Shown one piece after another: positions 18,768-28,640 of a stretch of 64,000 bases of DNA. The stretch comes from an uncultured Methanosarcinales archaeon (GTDB lineage: Archaea > Nanobdellota > Nanobdellia > Woesearchaeales > DSVV01): contig CAYXZQ010000002.1 of NCBI GenBank assembly GCA_964469935.1, forward strand, positions 319-64,318, read 5' to 3'. Position numbers and translations under genes: made by a program. Position 1 is the first letter of the stretch; each line of letters opens with the position of its first letter. A model generated the notes under the pieces. The model worked only from the letters and a program-made list of their open reading frames with translations. It ran no database searches and had not been told where the DNA came from.

Positions 18768-19880
18768 TTATTTCTTTTCAGTAGATTCTTTGAGCCAGAT
18801 ATCGATGATCTTCTCGCCTGCCCTGCCATCGCCGAACGGGTTTGACCAGTCTTTTCCGACCTTTAGCATGTGCCTTGCTGACTCGAGTATCCTTTTCGGC
18901 TCAGTCCCTGCAAGGATGTTTATCCCTGCATCGACCGTCTCGGGCCGCTCGGTATTGTCCCTGACTGTCACGCACGGCACTTTCAGTATGCACGCCTCCT
19001 CCTGGAGTCCGCCAGAATCAGTTATTATCAGCTTTGCATTCGCCTCGAGCTGGAGGAACTCGAGGTAGCCCAGGGGCTCGATGAGCCTGACCCCTTCAGG
19101 AGCCTTCAGCCCGAATCTCTTTATGTTGCTTGCGGTCCTCGGGTGCGCAGGGAAGATTACAGGAACCTTAGAGTGCTGCTGGACAAGCATCAGGCCGTCA
19201 AGTATCCCTCTCAGCCGCTTCTCGATATCGACGTTCTCTGCCCTGTGCGCAGTGACGACGATGTAGCCTTTCTTCTTCAGGCCGAGCTCTCCAAGGATAT
19301 CGACCTTGCTTTCAGCGATTTTCAGGTTCTGCTCGACTGCATCCACCACTGTGTTACCTGTCAGGAACACCTTGTTGTCGTTCAATCCTTCATCCTTGAG
19401 GTTCTTGAGCGCCGCCTTTGTCGGCGCGAAGAGGAAGTCGGAAATGTGATCCGTGATTATCCTGTTGGTCTCCTCGAGCATGGTCAGGTCATGGCTCCTG
19501 AGTCCGGCTTCGTGGTGCCCTACGGCTATCTTCAGCTTGTTTGCCGCAAGCGCGCCGGCAAGCACGCTGTTCGTGTCGCCCTGCACGAAGACTATATCCG
19601 GCTTTTCCTTCTCCAGGACAGCCATTATCTCCCTTATCATCATGCCGACCTGCTTCCTGTACTCCTGGCCGCCGACATTGAGGTTGTATCTCGGCTTTTT
19701 GAGCTCAAGCTCCTCGAAGAACTTTTTGTCCATGCCGTAGCTGTAATGCTGGCCCGTATGGAGGATGAAATAATCAAGCTTCTTTTTCTCGCACGCCCTG
19801 ATGAGCGGGGACATCTTTATTATCTCTGGCCGCGTGCCTATGATTATGCATATTTTCATCTTGGTATATCCCTGGCTCAT
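18768..19880 (-). CDS. UDP-N-acetylglucosamine 2-epimerase family (WecB/NeuC/LegG-like). Whether it is hydrolysing or not cannot be decided from sequence.
   Basis: 'MKICIIIGTRPEIIKMSPLIRA' is the canonical epimerase_2 N-terminus. 'HTGQHY' is present. The alternative start MKIC is at 19859. Confidence 0.8.
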   Translation of the reverse strand: MSQGYTKMKICIIIGTRPEIIKMSPLIRACEKKKLDYFILHTGQHYSYGMDKKFFEELELKKPRYNLNVGGQEYRKQVGMMIREIMAVLEKEKPDIVFVQGDTNSVLAGALAANKLKIAVGHHEAGLRSHDLTMLEETNRIITDHISDFLFAPTKAALKNLKDEGLNDNKVFLTGNTVVDAVEQNLKIAESKVDILGELGLKKKGYIVVTAHRAENVDIEKRLRGILDGLMLVQQHSKVPVIFPAHPRTASNIKRFGLKAPEGVRLIEPLGYLEFLQLEANAKLIITDSGGLQEEACILKVPCVTVRDNTERPETVDAGINILAGTEPKRILESARHMLKVGKDWSNPFGDGRAGEKIIDIWLKESTEKK

Positions 19881-20209
19881 TTCTTCTTCTCCTGCCTCAG
19901 TGCGATCTCCCTGGTAAGCTTTGTCATGTCCTGCTCAAGCTTCTCGATCTTGGAATATATCCTGTATACCGAGTAAATCAAAAACACGATGCTCAGGTAC
20001 ACGAGGACGTCCACCCCCCTGCCGATGCCGAATATCTGGGCAGGGATGGCGGTGATCCTCGGGACAAGCACCACGACGACAACCGACACCCACACCACTA
20101 TCCAGAGCAAAAATTCCAGGAGCGATTCCGTGTTCTTCCTGTACCTGAGATACGATCTGCTCAGCGCGAATGCCGCAAACAAAATGATTATTACCTGCAA
20201 CAACATCAT
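19877..20209 (-). CDS. DUF2304-like small membrane protein that partners with a GT2.
   Basis: Two TM helices plus a C-terminal coiled-coil 'IEKLEQDMTKLTREIALRQEKKK'. The start MMLLQV lies 11 nt after the GT2 stop. The long ORF-track N-terminus overlapping the GT2 is rejected. Confidence 0.5.
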   Translation of the reverse strand: MMLLQVIIILFAAFALSRSYLRYRKNTESLLEFLLWIVVWVSVVVVVLVPRITAIPAQIFGIGRGVDVLVYLSIVFLIYSVYRIYSKIEKLEQDMTKLTREIALRQEKKK

Positions 20210-20220
20210 TATCACCTTTC

Positions 20221-20898
20221 TTATTTCATCAACCTTTTCAATATAAGTTTTGCGACTATCCTTATCGCATTGATGCTGCTCTGGCCGTGCCTGAGCGAAT
20301 AGTCCGTGTATATCGCCTTTACCGGCACTTCCCTGAATCTCAGCCTGTTCCTCCCTATCTCCCTTATTATCTCCGAGCTGACCTCCATCCTGTTCGTCCT
20401 GATGTTGATCTTCGCTGCCGCCTCCTTTGAGAACGCCCGAAAGCCTGATTGTGAGTCGGTCGTCCATACGCCGAATAGGAAGTATGTTATGATGTTGAGG
20501 CCGAAATTCCCAGCCCTTCTCAGGAGGGGCATGCCTTTTGGGTTTATCAGCCTTGATCCTATCACCACGTCAGCCCTGCCTTTCAATATCGGCGCTATGG
20601 TCCTGCCAATGTCTTTGGGGTTGTGCTGGCCGTCGGAGTCGAATGTCACGATTATGTCCGCACCATGTCCGAGTGCAGCTGCGATCCCGGTCCCGAGGGC
20701 TCCTCCGAGCCCCCTGTTTATCGCGTGCCTGTAGAGGATTGCACCTTTCTTTTCGACGATAGAGGATGTCCTGTCCTCGCTTCCGTCATCGACGACGATG
20801 ATGTTTGTGTAGCCTTCGTCCATCACGCTGTCTATGACGCGGCCGATCACTTTCTCCTCGTTGAACGCAGGCATCACGATGAATATCTTTTTTTCCAT
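20221..20898 (-). CDS. GT2 polyprenyl-phosphate glycosyltransferase (DPM1/GtrB/AglK-like, soluble catalytic domain only).
   Basis: 'IFIVMPAFNEEKVIG', 'IIVVDDGSEDRT', 'FDSDGQH' and 'DSQSGFRAF' match DxD and the catalytic region of dolichyl-phosphate hexosyltransferases. Confidence 0.8.
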   Translation of the reverse strand: MEKKIFIVMPAFNEEKVIGRVIDSVMDEGYTNIIVVDDGSEDRTSSIVEKKGAILYRHAINRGLGGALGTGIAAALGHGADIIVTFDSDGQHNPKDIGRTIAPILKGRADVVIGSRLINPKGMPLLRRAGNFGLNIITYFLFGVWTTDSQSGFRAFSKEAAAKINIRTNRMEVSSEIIREIGRNRLRFREVPVKAIYTDYSLRHGQSSINAIRIVAKLILKRLMK

Positions 20899-20910
20899 TT
20901 GGATCGCATC

Positions 20911-21765
20911 TCAAATCAGGTACATGAGCACGAAAAGTGCCAGCCCCCACAATATCACAGACACGGAAAGGCCGGGGTCGGCGAATAGCCTTTCAGGCAG
21001 CCTGGGAATGCTTGAGCCCGCGGATATGAGGTAATGGTACCTGTACAGGCCGTAGAGCACTATGGGAAGGGTGTAGATGAGGTTATCCCCTCCTTTAAGG
21101 AATGTATAGAGAGTGTAGGATATCACGAGGATCGCCATTGTGGCTGACAGCTGGCTGTCGAGAAGCGTCACCGAGTATTTTCCCAGCACTTTCCTGTGGC
21201 CTGCTGCGCTCCTGCCCAAAAATACCAGCTCCGACCTCCTCTTTCCGAGAACCATGAACTGGGAGAGGAAGAACGCGCATACAAGAAGCCATGGTGATAT
21301 GTCCACCTTGATTATGAATGCGCCTGAAATCGCCCTGATAACGAAGTTGACGCTGATGATTATCATGTCAAGGTACATGACATCCTTTAATAAAAGAGTA
21401 TATGCGGTGCTCAAAACGAGCAATGCGATGACAGCAAGCATGAAATACAGTGAGAGGACAGAGGCGATGTAGACTGAGATGCATACAAGGAAGAGGCCTG
21501 TCAATCCCGCGGCATGGACAGGAATCCTGCCTGATGCCACCGGCCTGTCCTTCTTCTCAGGATGCAGCCTGTCGCCTCTCCTGTCTGCAATGTCATTGAA
21601 TATGTAGTTTGCCGATGATATGAGGCATAGGGAGACGAATCCTAGAAAGGTAAGCCATAGCTCTCCTGGCATGAAGAGGCCGCTTGTGAAGAATATTGCG
21701 ATGAAGATGATTATGTTCTTGTACCACTGCCTTACCCTCAGGAGCCTGGCAATATCCCTTATCAT
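20911..21765 (-). CDS. UbiA-superfamily prenyltransferase, resembling polyprenyl-phosphate phosphoribosyltransferase (DPPR synthase) type.
   Basis: 'NDIADRRGDRLHPEKKDRPVASGRI' carries NDxxDxxxD plus RPxxSG. It has 8-9 TM helices. It lies next to the GT2 and DUF2304 genes. Confidence 0.6.
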   Translation of the reverse strand: MIRDIARLLRVRQWYKNIIIFIAIFFTSGLFMPGELWLTFLGFVSLCLISSANYIFNDIADRRGDRLHPEKKDRPVASGRIPVHAAGLTGLFLVCISVYIASVLSLYFMLAVIALLVLSTAYTLLLKDVMYLDMIIISVNFVIRAISGAFIIKVDISPWLLVCAFFLSQFMVLGKRRSELVFLGRSAAGHRKVLGKYSVTLLDSQLSATMAILVISYTLYTFLKGGDNLIYTLPIVLYGLYRYHYLISAGSSIPRLPERLFADPGLSVSVILWGLALFVLMYLI

Positions 21766-21884
21766 GGATCAGGGAGGGGTGGGGCTTTTTTTAAATATTG
21801 TGAATCAGACGCCGTATCAGCAGGCAGGCTCAATTGGGTTCCCAAATAGCAATCTTTAAATCTTCCGCCTGAATTACAGCATCC

Positions 21885-22829
21885 ATGGGCAAAGGGATGA
21901 TCAATGCGGTGGTCCTGGAAAAGCCGGGTGTGGGAAAGATCAGGCTTCCAGGCCTGGACTGCAGAAAAGCCACTGGTGAGATTGTAGACGGGATAGCGAA
22001 ATACCTCCTGTCGACCGATGCGGACGGGATCGTCGTCGGCCTGTCCGGGGGTGTCGACTCGTCCCTTACGACCGTGCTGTGCAAAAAGGCAGTCGATGAG
22101 ATAGCCGGAAGGTTCCATGCCCTCATCATGCCGTCGGAAGAGAATTCGCCCAAGGATGCTGAGCATGCTGAAAAGCTTGCAAAAAAGCTGGGGCTTCCGA
22201 AGAAGGAAAAGAGTGTCCTGTCCAAATTTGCCTCAGGATATTCTATAGTTCCCATAGACGGAATCAAGCTGGCTGTGGAAGACGCTCTGGGGCTGGAGGG
22301 TGTTGCCCATGAGAACATGCAGAGCAGGATACGGATGCTCCTCCTGTATGGGATAAAGGAATCCGCTCCGCATTCTAGGGTGGCGGGAACCGGCAACAGG
22401 GACGAGGACTACGGGCTGGGATATTTCACGAAATACGGGGACGGCGGGGTCGACTTCTCGCCGATTGCGATGCTGTCAAAGCGCCTCGTGAGAGCCATGG
22501 CAAGATACAACGGCGTGCCTGATGAGATAGTCGATAAGAGGCCGACTGCAGGGCTGAGGAAAGGCCAGACAGACGCAGACGACCTCGGATGCAGCTATCT
22601 CCAGGCAGAGGTCATCGTCGCAGGGAAAGACCAGGGGCTTGAGAGCAGGAAGATAATTGAGATCAGCAGGTATTCTGCCCAAGACAGCAAGGGGCTGGAT
22701 GAGACCTTCAAAGAACAGTTATCGGGCATCACAGAGGGCATGATAAGGAATGTCCTGTTCCGCCATGAGAATCTCGCACCCCACAAGCTGGAAGCCCCGC
22801 CGGTCATCCGGACGACAGCCTTCAGATGA
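21885..22829 (+). CDS. nadE: NH3-dependent NAD+ synthetase.
   Basis: 'IVVGLSGGVDSSLTTVLC' is the PP-loop SGGxDS. Length and C-terminal region fit NadE. Confidence 0.75.
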   Translation: MGKGMINAVVLEKPGVGKIRLPGLDCRKATGEIVDGIAKYLLSTDADGIVVGLSGGVDSSLTTVLCKKAVDEIAGRFHALIMPSEENSPKDAEHAEKLAKKLGLPKKEKSVLSKFASGYSIVPIDGIKLAVEDALGLEGVAHENMQSRIRMLLLYGIKESAPHSRVAGTGNRDEDYGLGYFTKYGDGGVDFSPIAMLSKRLVRAMARYNGVPDEIVDKRPTAGLRKGQTDADDLGCSYLQAEVIVAGKDQGLESRKIIEISRYSAQDSKGLDETFKEQLSGITEGMIRNVLFRHENLAPHKLEAPPVIRTTAFR

Positions 22830-23664
22830 TGTCTGTCTTCATGCTGAGGTCAAGCGACTTGTAGGAATGGGTCAGCGCGCCAACGGAGATGTAATCCACG
22901 CCTGTTGATGCTGCTTCAGCGATATTGTCTGCCGTTATCCCGCCTGATGCCTCTGTCATCTTCTTCCTGTTTATCAGCTTGACAGCCTTTTTCATGGTCT
23001 GCACATCCATGTTGTCGAGCATTATCCAGTCGCAGCCAGTCGCAATCGCCTCATTGACCTCGTCAAGGGTTGCGCATTCGACTTCGATCTTGACGCCCTT
23101 TCCTGCATTTTTTTCCGCCTCTGCGACCGCTCCTGTTATCGAGCCGTTGACCTTGATATGGTTGTCTTTTATCAGGACCATGTCAAAGAGTCCCATCCTG
23201 TGGTTCTCTCCCCCTCCTGTCTTGACAGAGTATTTCTGCAGGTACCTCATGCCGGGAGTGGTCTTCCTGGTGTCGAGAAGCTTGGTATTCGTATGTCCGA
23301 TCAGTTTCACGTACCTTCCTGTCGTCGTTGCCACGCCGCTGAGGTTCTGCAGGAAATTCAGGAGCGTCCTTTCGACCGACAATATCGGTCTTGCCTGGCC
23401 ATCTATCTCAGCTATGGCATCACCGGGCGAGACAGTGTCGCCGTCTTTCTTCCATAGCCTGACCTTCACGCTGCTGTCCACGATTCGGAACATGAACCCA
23501 ATCAGCTCAAGCCCGCAGATGATTCCCCCGGCTTTTGCGATGATCCTTGCCCTGGCTTTCCTGCCCTCCGGAATGCAGGAAATTGTCGTGATGTCGCCTG
23601 CCCCTATGTCCTCAGAAAGGGCGAGCCGGATTATATTCTCGACCTTTTCGAATTCAAGCCCCAT
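22822..23664 (-). CDS. nadC: Nicotinate-nucleotide (quinolinate) phosphoribosyltransferase.
   Basis: 'LALSEDIGAGDITT', 'VLIKDNHI' and 'IEVECATLDEVNEA...IMLDNM' are NadC signatures. The start is taken at MGLEFEK. The 60-aa upstream extension is rejected. It converges on nadE with an 8-nt overlap. Confidence 0.8.
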   Translation of the reverse strand: MGLEFEKVENIIRLALSEDIGAGDITTISCIPEGRKARARIIAKAGGIICGLELIGFMFRIVDSSVKVRLWKKDGDTVSPGDAIAEIDGQARPILSVERTLLNFLQNLSGVATTTGRYVKLIGHTNTKLLDTRKTTPGMRYLQKYSVKTGGGENHRMGLFDMVLIKDNHIKVNGSITGAVAEAEKNAGKGVKIEVECATLDEVNEAIATGCDWIMLDNMDVQTMKKAVKLINRKKMTEASGGITADNIAEAASTGVDYISVGALTHSYKSLDLSMKTDII

Positions 23665-23773
23665 GCGGAATCGGATGAGGGCGTCATATTTAAATCTATT
23701 TGAAGCATCCGCCCTAAACCTGCTCCCCGATGAGCGATAATTTATTAAATCATGATAGAAATCACCAGATAGG

Positions 23774-24331
23774 ATGGTGTTGATTGATCCGTATGCAATA
23801 GAGGCCTGGGCGCATGGCAGCCGTCTGAAGAAGAAGATAGACAAGCATGAGAGGAATCATGATCTTGATGTTTTCTTCAAGGCATCATACATGATAAGGC
23901 ATTACGGCATCCAGGACCATGTGTCAATCAATTCCATCATTGTCGCCGGGTTCATGCATGACACGCAGAGAAAGGACCATCTCCAGGACCTGGGTCACGG
24001 CTACAGGGCGGCGGTGAAGTTCAGGGAGATCGTCCCGGAGGCCTGGGTCGAGAAAAAGCTGTTATCCGTCGATTCGATAGTATTCGCGCTTGAAAATCAT
24101 GATCTGGATACCTCTCCCGGCAGGGACTGGAACATCGTAAGCAACTATACCATCCCGGCGAGCATCAGACCAGAGGTACCAGCCATAGTATGGGATGCAG
24201 ACAGACTCTGCCTCTACAGGGTCCCTTTCATCAGGAATGTCAGGAACATCCAGCTTAACACCTCGTTCGGCCGGGAGTACGTCAACAGCCGTCAGAACAA
24301 GCTGCACTACAGCAGATTTGACCTTCTCTAG
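23774..24331 (+). CDS. Hypothetical protein with HD-like motifs. Possible metal-dependent phosphohydrolase.
   Basis: 'HYGIQDH...VAGFMHDTQR' and a second 'ENHDLD'. It is 185 aa. Confidence 0.35.
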   Translation: MVLIDPYAIEAWAHGSRLKKKIDKHERNHDLDVFFKASYMIRHYGIQDHVSINSIIVAGFMHDTQRKDHLQDLGHGYRAAVKFREIVPEAWVEKKLLSVDSIVFALENHDLDTSPGRDWNIVSNYTIPASIRPEVPAIVWDADRLCLYRVPFIRNVRNIQLNTSFGREYVNSRQNKLHYSRFDLL

Positions 24332-24408
24332 GGATGAATATTTAGGATATTCCTTTTTAACAGAAAGAAAATTTTAAATATGCTACCTCGCTCCTCTGCA
24401 TTCGGAAA

Positions 24409-25470
24409 GTGGCAAAAAAGGCTTTGATAACAGGAGTGACCGGCCAGGACGGCTCATACCTTTCGGAGTTCCTTCTTGAGAAGGGCTACGAAGTCTACGG
24501 CATGGTCAGGAGAAACTCGATCATAAAGCGCGAGAGGATAGACCATCTTAGGGGAAATAAGAGATTCAGGCTCATGTACGGCGACCTGTGCGATTCGAGC
24601 TCAATCAACAACATCATGCAGAATGTCATGCCTGACGAGGTATACAACCTGGCTGCCCAGAGCCATGTCGCAATAAGCTTCGAGATACCTGAATACACCG
24701 GTGATGCGACCGGCCTTGGCACGACCCGCATCCTTGACGCCCTCAGGATGATAGCCCAGACCTCTGGCAAGAAGATAAGGTTCTACCAGGCATCGACCTC
24801 AGAGCTCTACGGCAAGGTGGTCGAGACTCCCCAGAATGAGAACACACCGTTCTATCCGAGGAGCCCGTACGGATGCGCCAAGCTTTACGCATTCTGGACA
24901 GTCAAGAATTACAGGGAGAGCTACGGCATGTTTGCTGTCAACGGCATACTCTTCAACCATGAGAGCCCGAGGAGGGGCGAGAATTTCGTCACGCGCAAGA
25001 TAACCAAGGGCGTCGCGAGGATCAAGATGGGGGTTGGCAGCTGCCTGGAGCTCGGGAATCTCGACGCAAGGAGGGACTGGGGTCATGCAAGGGACTTCAT
25101 AAAGGGCATGTGGCTCATGCTCCAGCAGGACAGGCCTGATGACTATGTCCTTGCTACCGGAGAGAACCATTCTGTAAGGGAATTTATCGAGGCAGCCTTC
25201 AGCGCGGCTGGGATGAGCGTCAGGAGCAACGGCAGGAAGGGCATAAAGGAGGAATACGTTAGTACTGACACGGGAAAGCCCGTGGTAAGGATAAATCCGA
25301 AATATTTCAGGCCTTCAGAGGTGGACGTACTTCTTGGAGATTCATCGAAGGCAAAAAAAGAGCTCGGGTGGAAGCCAAGGATAGTGTTCAGTGACCTTGT
25401 CAAGGAGATGGTCGGGGCCGATCTTGAGGATGTCGAGAAAGAGCTCTATGGCTGCAACGGAAAAAAATGA
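24409..25470 (+). CDS. gmd: GDP-mannose 4,6-dehydratase.
   Basis: '[35 protein letters not shown]' is near-canonical Gmd. 'YGCAKLYA' is present. Confidence 0.9.
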   Translation: MAKKALITGVTGQDGSYLSEFLLEKGYEVYGMVRRNSIIKRERIDHLRGNKRFRLMYGDLCDSSSINNIMQNVMPDEVYNLAAQSHVAISFEIPEYTGDATGLGTTRILDALRMIAQTSGKKIRFYQASTSELYGKVVETPQNENTPFYPRSPYGCAKLYAFWTVKNYRESYGMFAVNGILFNHESPRRGENFVTRKITKGVARIKMGVGSCLELGNLDARRDWGHARDFIKGMWLMLQQDRPDDYVLATGENHSVREFIEAAFSAAGMSVRSNGRKGIKEEYVSTDTGKPVVRINPKYFRPSEVDVLLGDSSKAKKELGWKPRIVFSDLVKEMVGADLEDVEKELYGCNGKK

Positions 25471-26333
25471 GAAAGGCGCTGGTCACAGGCATCTCAGGTT
25501 TTGTCGGGCCGTATCTCAAGAGAGAGCTCGAGGATAATGGCTACGAGGTGCTTGGTCTTGATCGTCATGGCGGGGGCCAGGGTGTCCTTGTGTGCGATAT
25601 AACTGACTATGCGTCAGTATTCAAGGCTGTTGAAATGACAAAGCCTGACCTTGTTCTCCATCTTGCGGGTTTTAGCTCAGTCTCAAGGAGCTTTGAGGAG
25701 CCTGAGATGTGCCGCAGGATAAATGTCACCGGGACCAAGAATCTCCTGGATGCCATTTCCGGTCTGGGACTGAAGCCGAAAATCCTGGTAATATCCTCGG
25801 CAGATGTTTACGGCGAGCCCGAGCATCTTCCCATTGACGAGAAGCATCCCCTCAATCCGGTCTCCCCCTATGGGAAGTCTAGGGCAGAGCAGGAGAAGCT
25901 CGCCCTATCGTATGAGCTTCCCGTCACCATATCGAGAAGCTTCAACCACACCGGCAGGGACCAGCCAGATTCTTTTGTGATACCCAGCTTCAGGAAGCAG
26001 GTGGAAGAGGCAGAGGACGGCGGCACGATAAGAGTAGGGAACCTTGACATAGTGAGAGACTTCTCTGATGTCAGGGACGTGGTCAGGGCTTATCGCCTCC
26101 TGCTTGAGAAAGGAAAGGCAGGGGAGATATACAATGTCGGCTCAGGCACCGGCCACAGCCTGCGGGATATCCTGGATATGTTCATAAGAGAAACAAAAAA
26201 GAGGCTTGTTGTAAAAGTGGATGATGCAAGGCTCAGGAAAGACGACATCTCCAGGCAGGTCGCAGGGACAGCAAAGATAAGCAGTCTGGGTATCAGCCTA
26301 AGGGACTATTTCTCAGGGCTCAGTACTTCCTGA
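25467..26333 (+). CDS. GDP-4-dehydro-6-deoxy-D-mannose reductase-like SDR (Rmd-like). Would produce GDP-D-rhamnose or a related 6-deoxyhexose.
   Basis: '[17 protein letters not shown]' Rossmann motif. '[10 protein letters not shown]' (YxxxK). It is 288 aa and translationally coupled to gmd by a 4-nt overlap. The N-terminus is unlike Fcl. Confidence 0.6.
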   Translation: MRKALVTGISGFVGPYLKRELEDNGYEVLGLDRHGGGQGVLVCDITDYASVFKAVEMTKPDLVLHLAGFSSVSRSFEEPEMCRRINVTGTKNLLDAISGLGLKPKILVISSADVYGEPEHLPIDEKHPLNPVSPYGKSRAEQEKLALSYELPVTISRSFNHTGRDQPDSFVIPSFRKQVEEAEDGGTIRVGNLDIVRDFSDVRDVVRAYRLLLEKGKAGEIYNVGSGTGHSLRDILDMFIRETKKRLVVKVDDARLRKDDISRQVAGTAKISSLGISLRDYFSGLSTS

Positions 26334-27390
26334 ACAGCCTTCCCCATTCGGTCTTTTTGAATTTCCGTATCCTGCTCTTGCCGACTGCCGGGTACCAGAG
26401 GTAGTCATGGTAGAATGCCGAGCCGAAGATGGCGAGCCTGAAGAGTCCTGTGTGGAAGAGCAGGGGCTCAAGGAACGACAATGCCCCCTTCCTGAAGACC
26501 TGATCCCAGAATATGACAGGGCTCCTGCCTGTCTTGAATCCGAAATTGACTTTTGATATGTCTTCCCCTACGATATCGAGCTGCGATACGTCGCCGCAGC
26601 CCGTCCCCCTGTCATGCGACATCTTGATGAACTTGATCTTCATGGGATCGAACCCCATGAGCTTTGCAGACACAGCGTCGATTGCCACCTGGTCGGACGA
26701 GGCCAGTATGTAGTTCTTGACGACCGGATGCATCGTCCTCGGCCCGTTACCGTCCCCGCAGACCGTCCCGTCCATGACAGCGAATATTCCCGGGTGGATC
26801 TCCTTCTGTATCGACATGAGGTCGGCAAGCACCTCGTGTATCATCTTGTGGCTGTGATGCCTCCGCTCAGTTATCAGCCCCCCGAAGGAGTTCTTGATGG
26901 CCCCTGTCATGGTGGTGTGGCCGTGGGTCTTGATTGTCGGCATGTGTATGATGTCCTTGCCGATGAACATCTTCGGTATCATGTGGCCGTCGGGAAAAAG
27001 CCTGTCTAATGCAGGCACGCTTGCTTTTGGGACATATTTGACCCACTCGGTTTCTGTGAGCGGTTCGTAACTTAGATTGTACCTTTTGAGAACGCCGAGC
27101 CACCTGTTTCCCCTTGCCCCTTTCCAGACATCGGTTACTACTGTCTTGTTCTCGACAGGATGGAGCTTTTTGTACCCGTCTTCGGTTAGGGTCCTGACAA
27201 CGCCCTCAAGCTGCCAGGGCTCAGTGGAACAGGCCGGAAAATAAAGGGACCACGAGAGATTCAGCTTTAGCACTGTCTCTCTCTGCTTTGAGATGCTCTC
27301 CCGGTACCCTGCCATGTGCATCAGCCTGGAATAATCCTCCAGGACACTGGAAGGGGAGGTCTTCAGCACCGCGACTTTCGGCTGTGTCAT
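26320..27390 (-). CDS. DUF362-like protein. Cys-pair motifs suggest possible metal or Fe-S binding.
   Basis: About 356 aa from MTQPKVAVLK. Motifs 'CGDGNGP' and 'DRGTGCGD'. The family call is from memory and not verifiable here. Confidence 0.35.
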   Translation of the reverse strand: MTQPKVAVLKTSPSSVLEDYSRLMHMAGYRESISKQRETVLKLNLSWSLYFPACSTEPWQLEGVVRTLTEDGYKKLHPVENKTVVTDVWKGARGNRWLGVLKRYNLSYEPLTETEWVKYVPKASVPALDRLFPDGHMIPKMFIGKDIIHMPTIKTHGHTTMTGAIKNSFGGLITERRHHSHKMIHEVLADLMSIQKEIHPGIFAVMDGTVCGDGNGPRTMHPVVKNYILASSDQVAIDAVSAKLMGFDPMKIKFIKMSHDRGTGCGDVSQLDIVGEDISKVNFGFKTGRSPVIFWDQVFRKGALSFLEPLLFHTGLFRLAIFGSAFYHDYLWYPAVGKSRIRKFKKTEWGRLFRKY

Positions 27391-27391
27391 T

Positions 27392-27781
27392 TTACCTGAA
27401 CGTGAATGCCCTGTGCATGTTGAAGCTGTAGAAGAGGACAAGGAATACAGCTATCGCCTTTGCATAGAGATAAAGGAGGCCGAAATACTCGACCAGGATG
27501 TACATTATCGTCAGGGTTATGCAAAGCCCAACGAAATTCACCATGACATATGTCATCACCTGGTTGATGAGCCTCTTTTCATGCCTCTTGAAGTTGAAAT
27601 ACTTGTTGAGCAAAAAATGCGTCGCCGCACCGCATGGGTACGCAACGATCGTGGAATATATGTAATAGACCCCTAGAATGCTCGTGAACGTAAAGAGGAC
27701 TGAGAAGTCGATGGTGGCGGATATTCCGCCTATGAGGACGTATATGATGAACTGCCTCCTGACCCCTCTGTCGAGGAGCAT
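27392..27781 (-). CDS. GtrA-family membrane protein (polyprenyl-phosphate-sugar translocation).
   Basis: 4 TM helices, about 130 aa, with a 'FNFKRH' motif. Divergently paired with a GT2 in classic GtrA-GtrB arrangement. The start is taken at MLLDRG. Confidence 0.6.
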   Translation of the reverse strand: MLLDRGVRRQFIIYVLIGGISATIDFSVLFTFTSILGVYYIYSTIVAYPCGAATHFLLNKYFNFKRHEKRLINQVMTYVMVNFVGLCITLTIMYILVEYFGLLYLYAKAIAVFLVLFYSFNMHRAFTFR

Positions 27782-27942
27782 CGCCTTGAAAAAATCGACC
27801 GCTTCCACAGGAGCGTGAAAAAAAAATTTGATTATATAAATCTTTTTAAAAATCATCTGGCGGTGCATAGGGAACTGCCTCGGTCAGGCGGTTTTTTCTA
27901 TAGAAGCTTTTATAAATACCGTGCATTTCATTTGGGCTGTCA

Positions 27943-28620
27943 ATGAAAAAAAAGGAAAAGACGACAGTCGTGATACCTGCCTTTAACGAGGAGAAGACCA
28001 TCAGGTCCATGATAAAGAAGGTCAAAAAGCATTGCGATGAGGTCCTCATCGTCCTGTCCAAAAAATCAAAGGACAGGACCCGTTCAATAGTGAAGGAGAT
28101 GGGCGTCCCTTATATCGTCGACCATGGGAAAGGCAAGGGCGAGGCCATCAGGTGTGCGATAAGGTACGTGAAGGAGGGCATCATCGTCTTCATTGATGCT
28201 GACGGCTCGCACAGCCCGGATGATATCCCGCGGCTGACAGGCCATCTGATAGAGAACCGCTATGACATGGTCATCGGCTCGAGGATGACCGGCGGGAGCG
28301 ACGAGTTCAACGGCACCCTGGATGAGTTCTTCCGGCTGATGTTCGGAAGCATCATCACCCTTGTCATCAACATGAGGTTCGGCTCGAGGATATCGGACCA
28401 CCTCAACGGTTTTCGGGCGATAAGGTCAGATGTCGCAAAGAAGCTCGGGCTCAGGGAGAACATAGCGACGATCGAGCAGGAGATGGGCATCAAGTGCCTC
28501 AAGAAAGGATTCAGGATATCAGAGGTGCCCTGCCATGAATATTTCGGCGGCAGATCCACGATCAACATCTGGAGGGACGGCCCAAGGTTCTTCTGGCAGA
28601 TTCTCAGGGACATCTGGTAG
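27943..28620 (+). CDS. GT2 polyprenyl-phosphate glycosyltransferase (DPM1/GtrB-like catalytic domain).
   Basis: 'TVVIPAFNEEKTI', 'IVFIDADGSH' and 'NGFRAIR' are present. Confidence 0.75.
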   Translation: MKKKEKTTVVIPAFNEEKTIRSMIKKVKKHCDEVLIVLSKKSKDRTRSIVKEMGVPYIVDHGKGKGEAIRCAIRYVKEGIIVFIDADGSHSPDDIPRLTGHLIENRYDMVIGSRMTGGSDEFNGTLDEFFRLMFGSIITLVINMRFGSRISDHLNGFRAIRSDVAKKLGLRENIATIEQEMGIKCLKKGFRISEVPCHEYFGGRSTINIWRDGPRFFWQILRDIW

Positions 28621-28640
28621 ATTTCTGAGTAGGGCAGGCA

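Noticed and set aside
22822-23844. Extended N-termini given in the ORF track for nadC, kae1 (36486-37664), DUF2304 (to 20467), GtrA (to 27868), GT4 (to 18829) and the TIM-barrel gene (to 3950).
   Set aside because: The extensions overlap upstream genes substantially and are non-conserved or low-complexity. Internal Met codons coincide with the family-typical N-termini and with 0-14 nt gene junctions.
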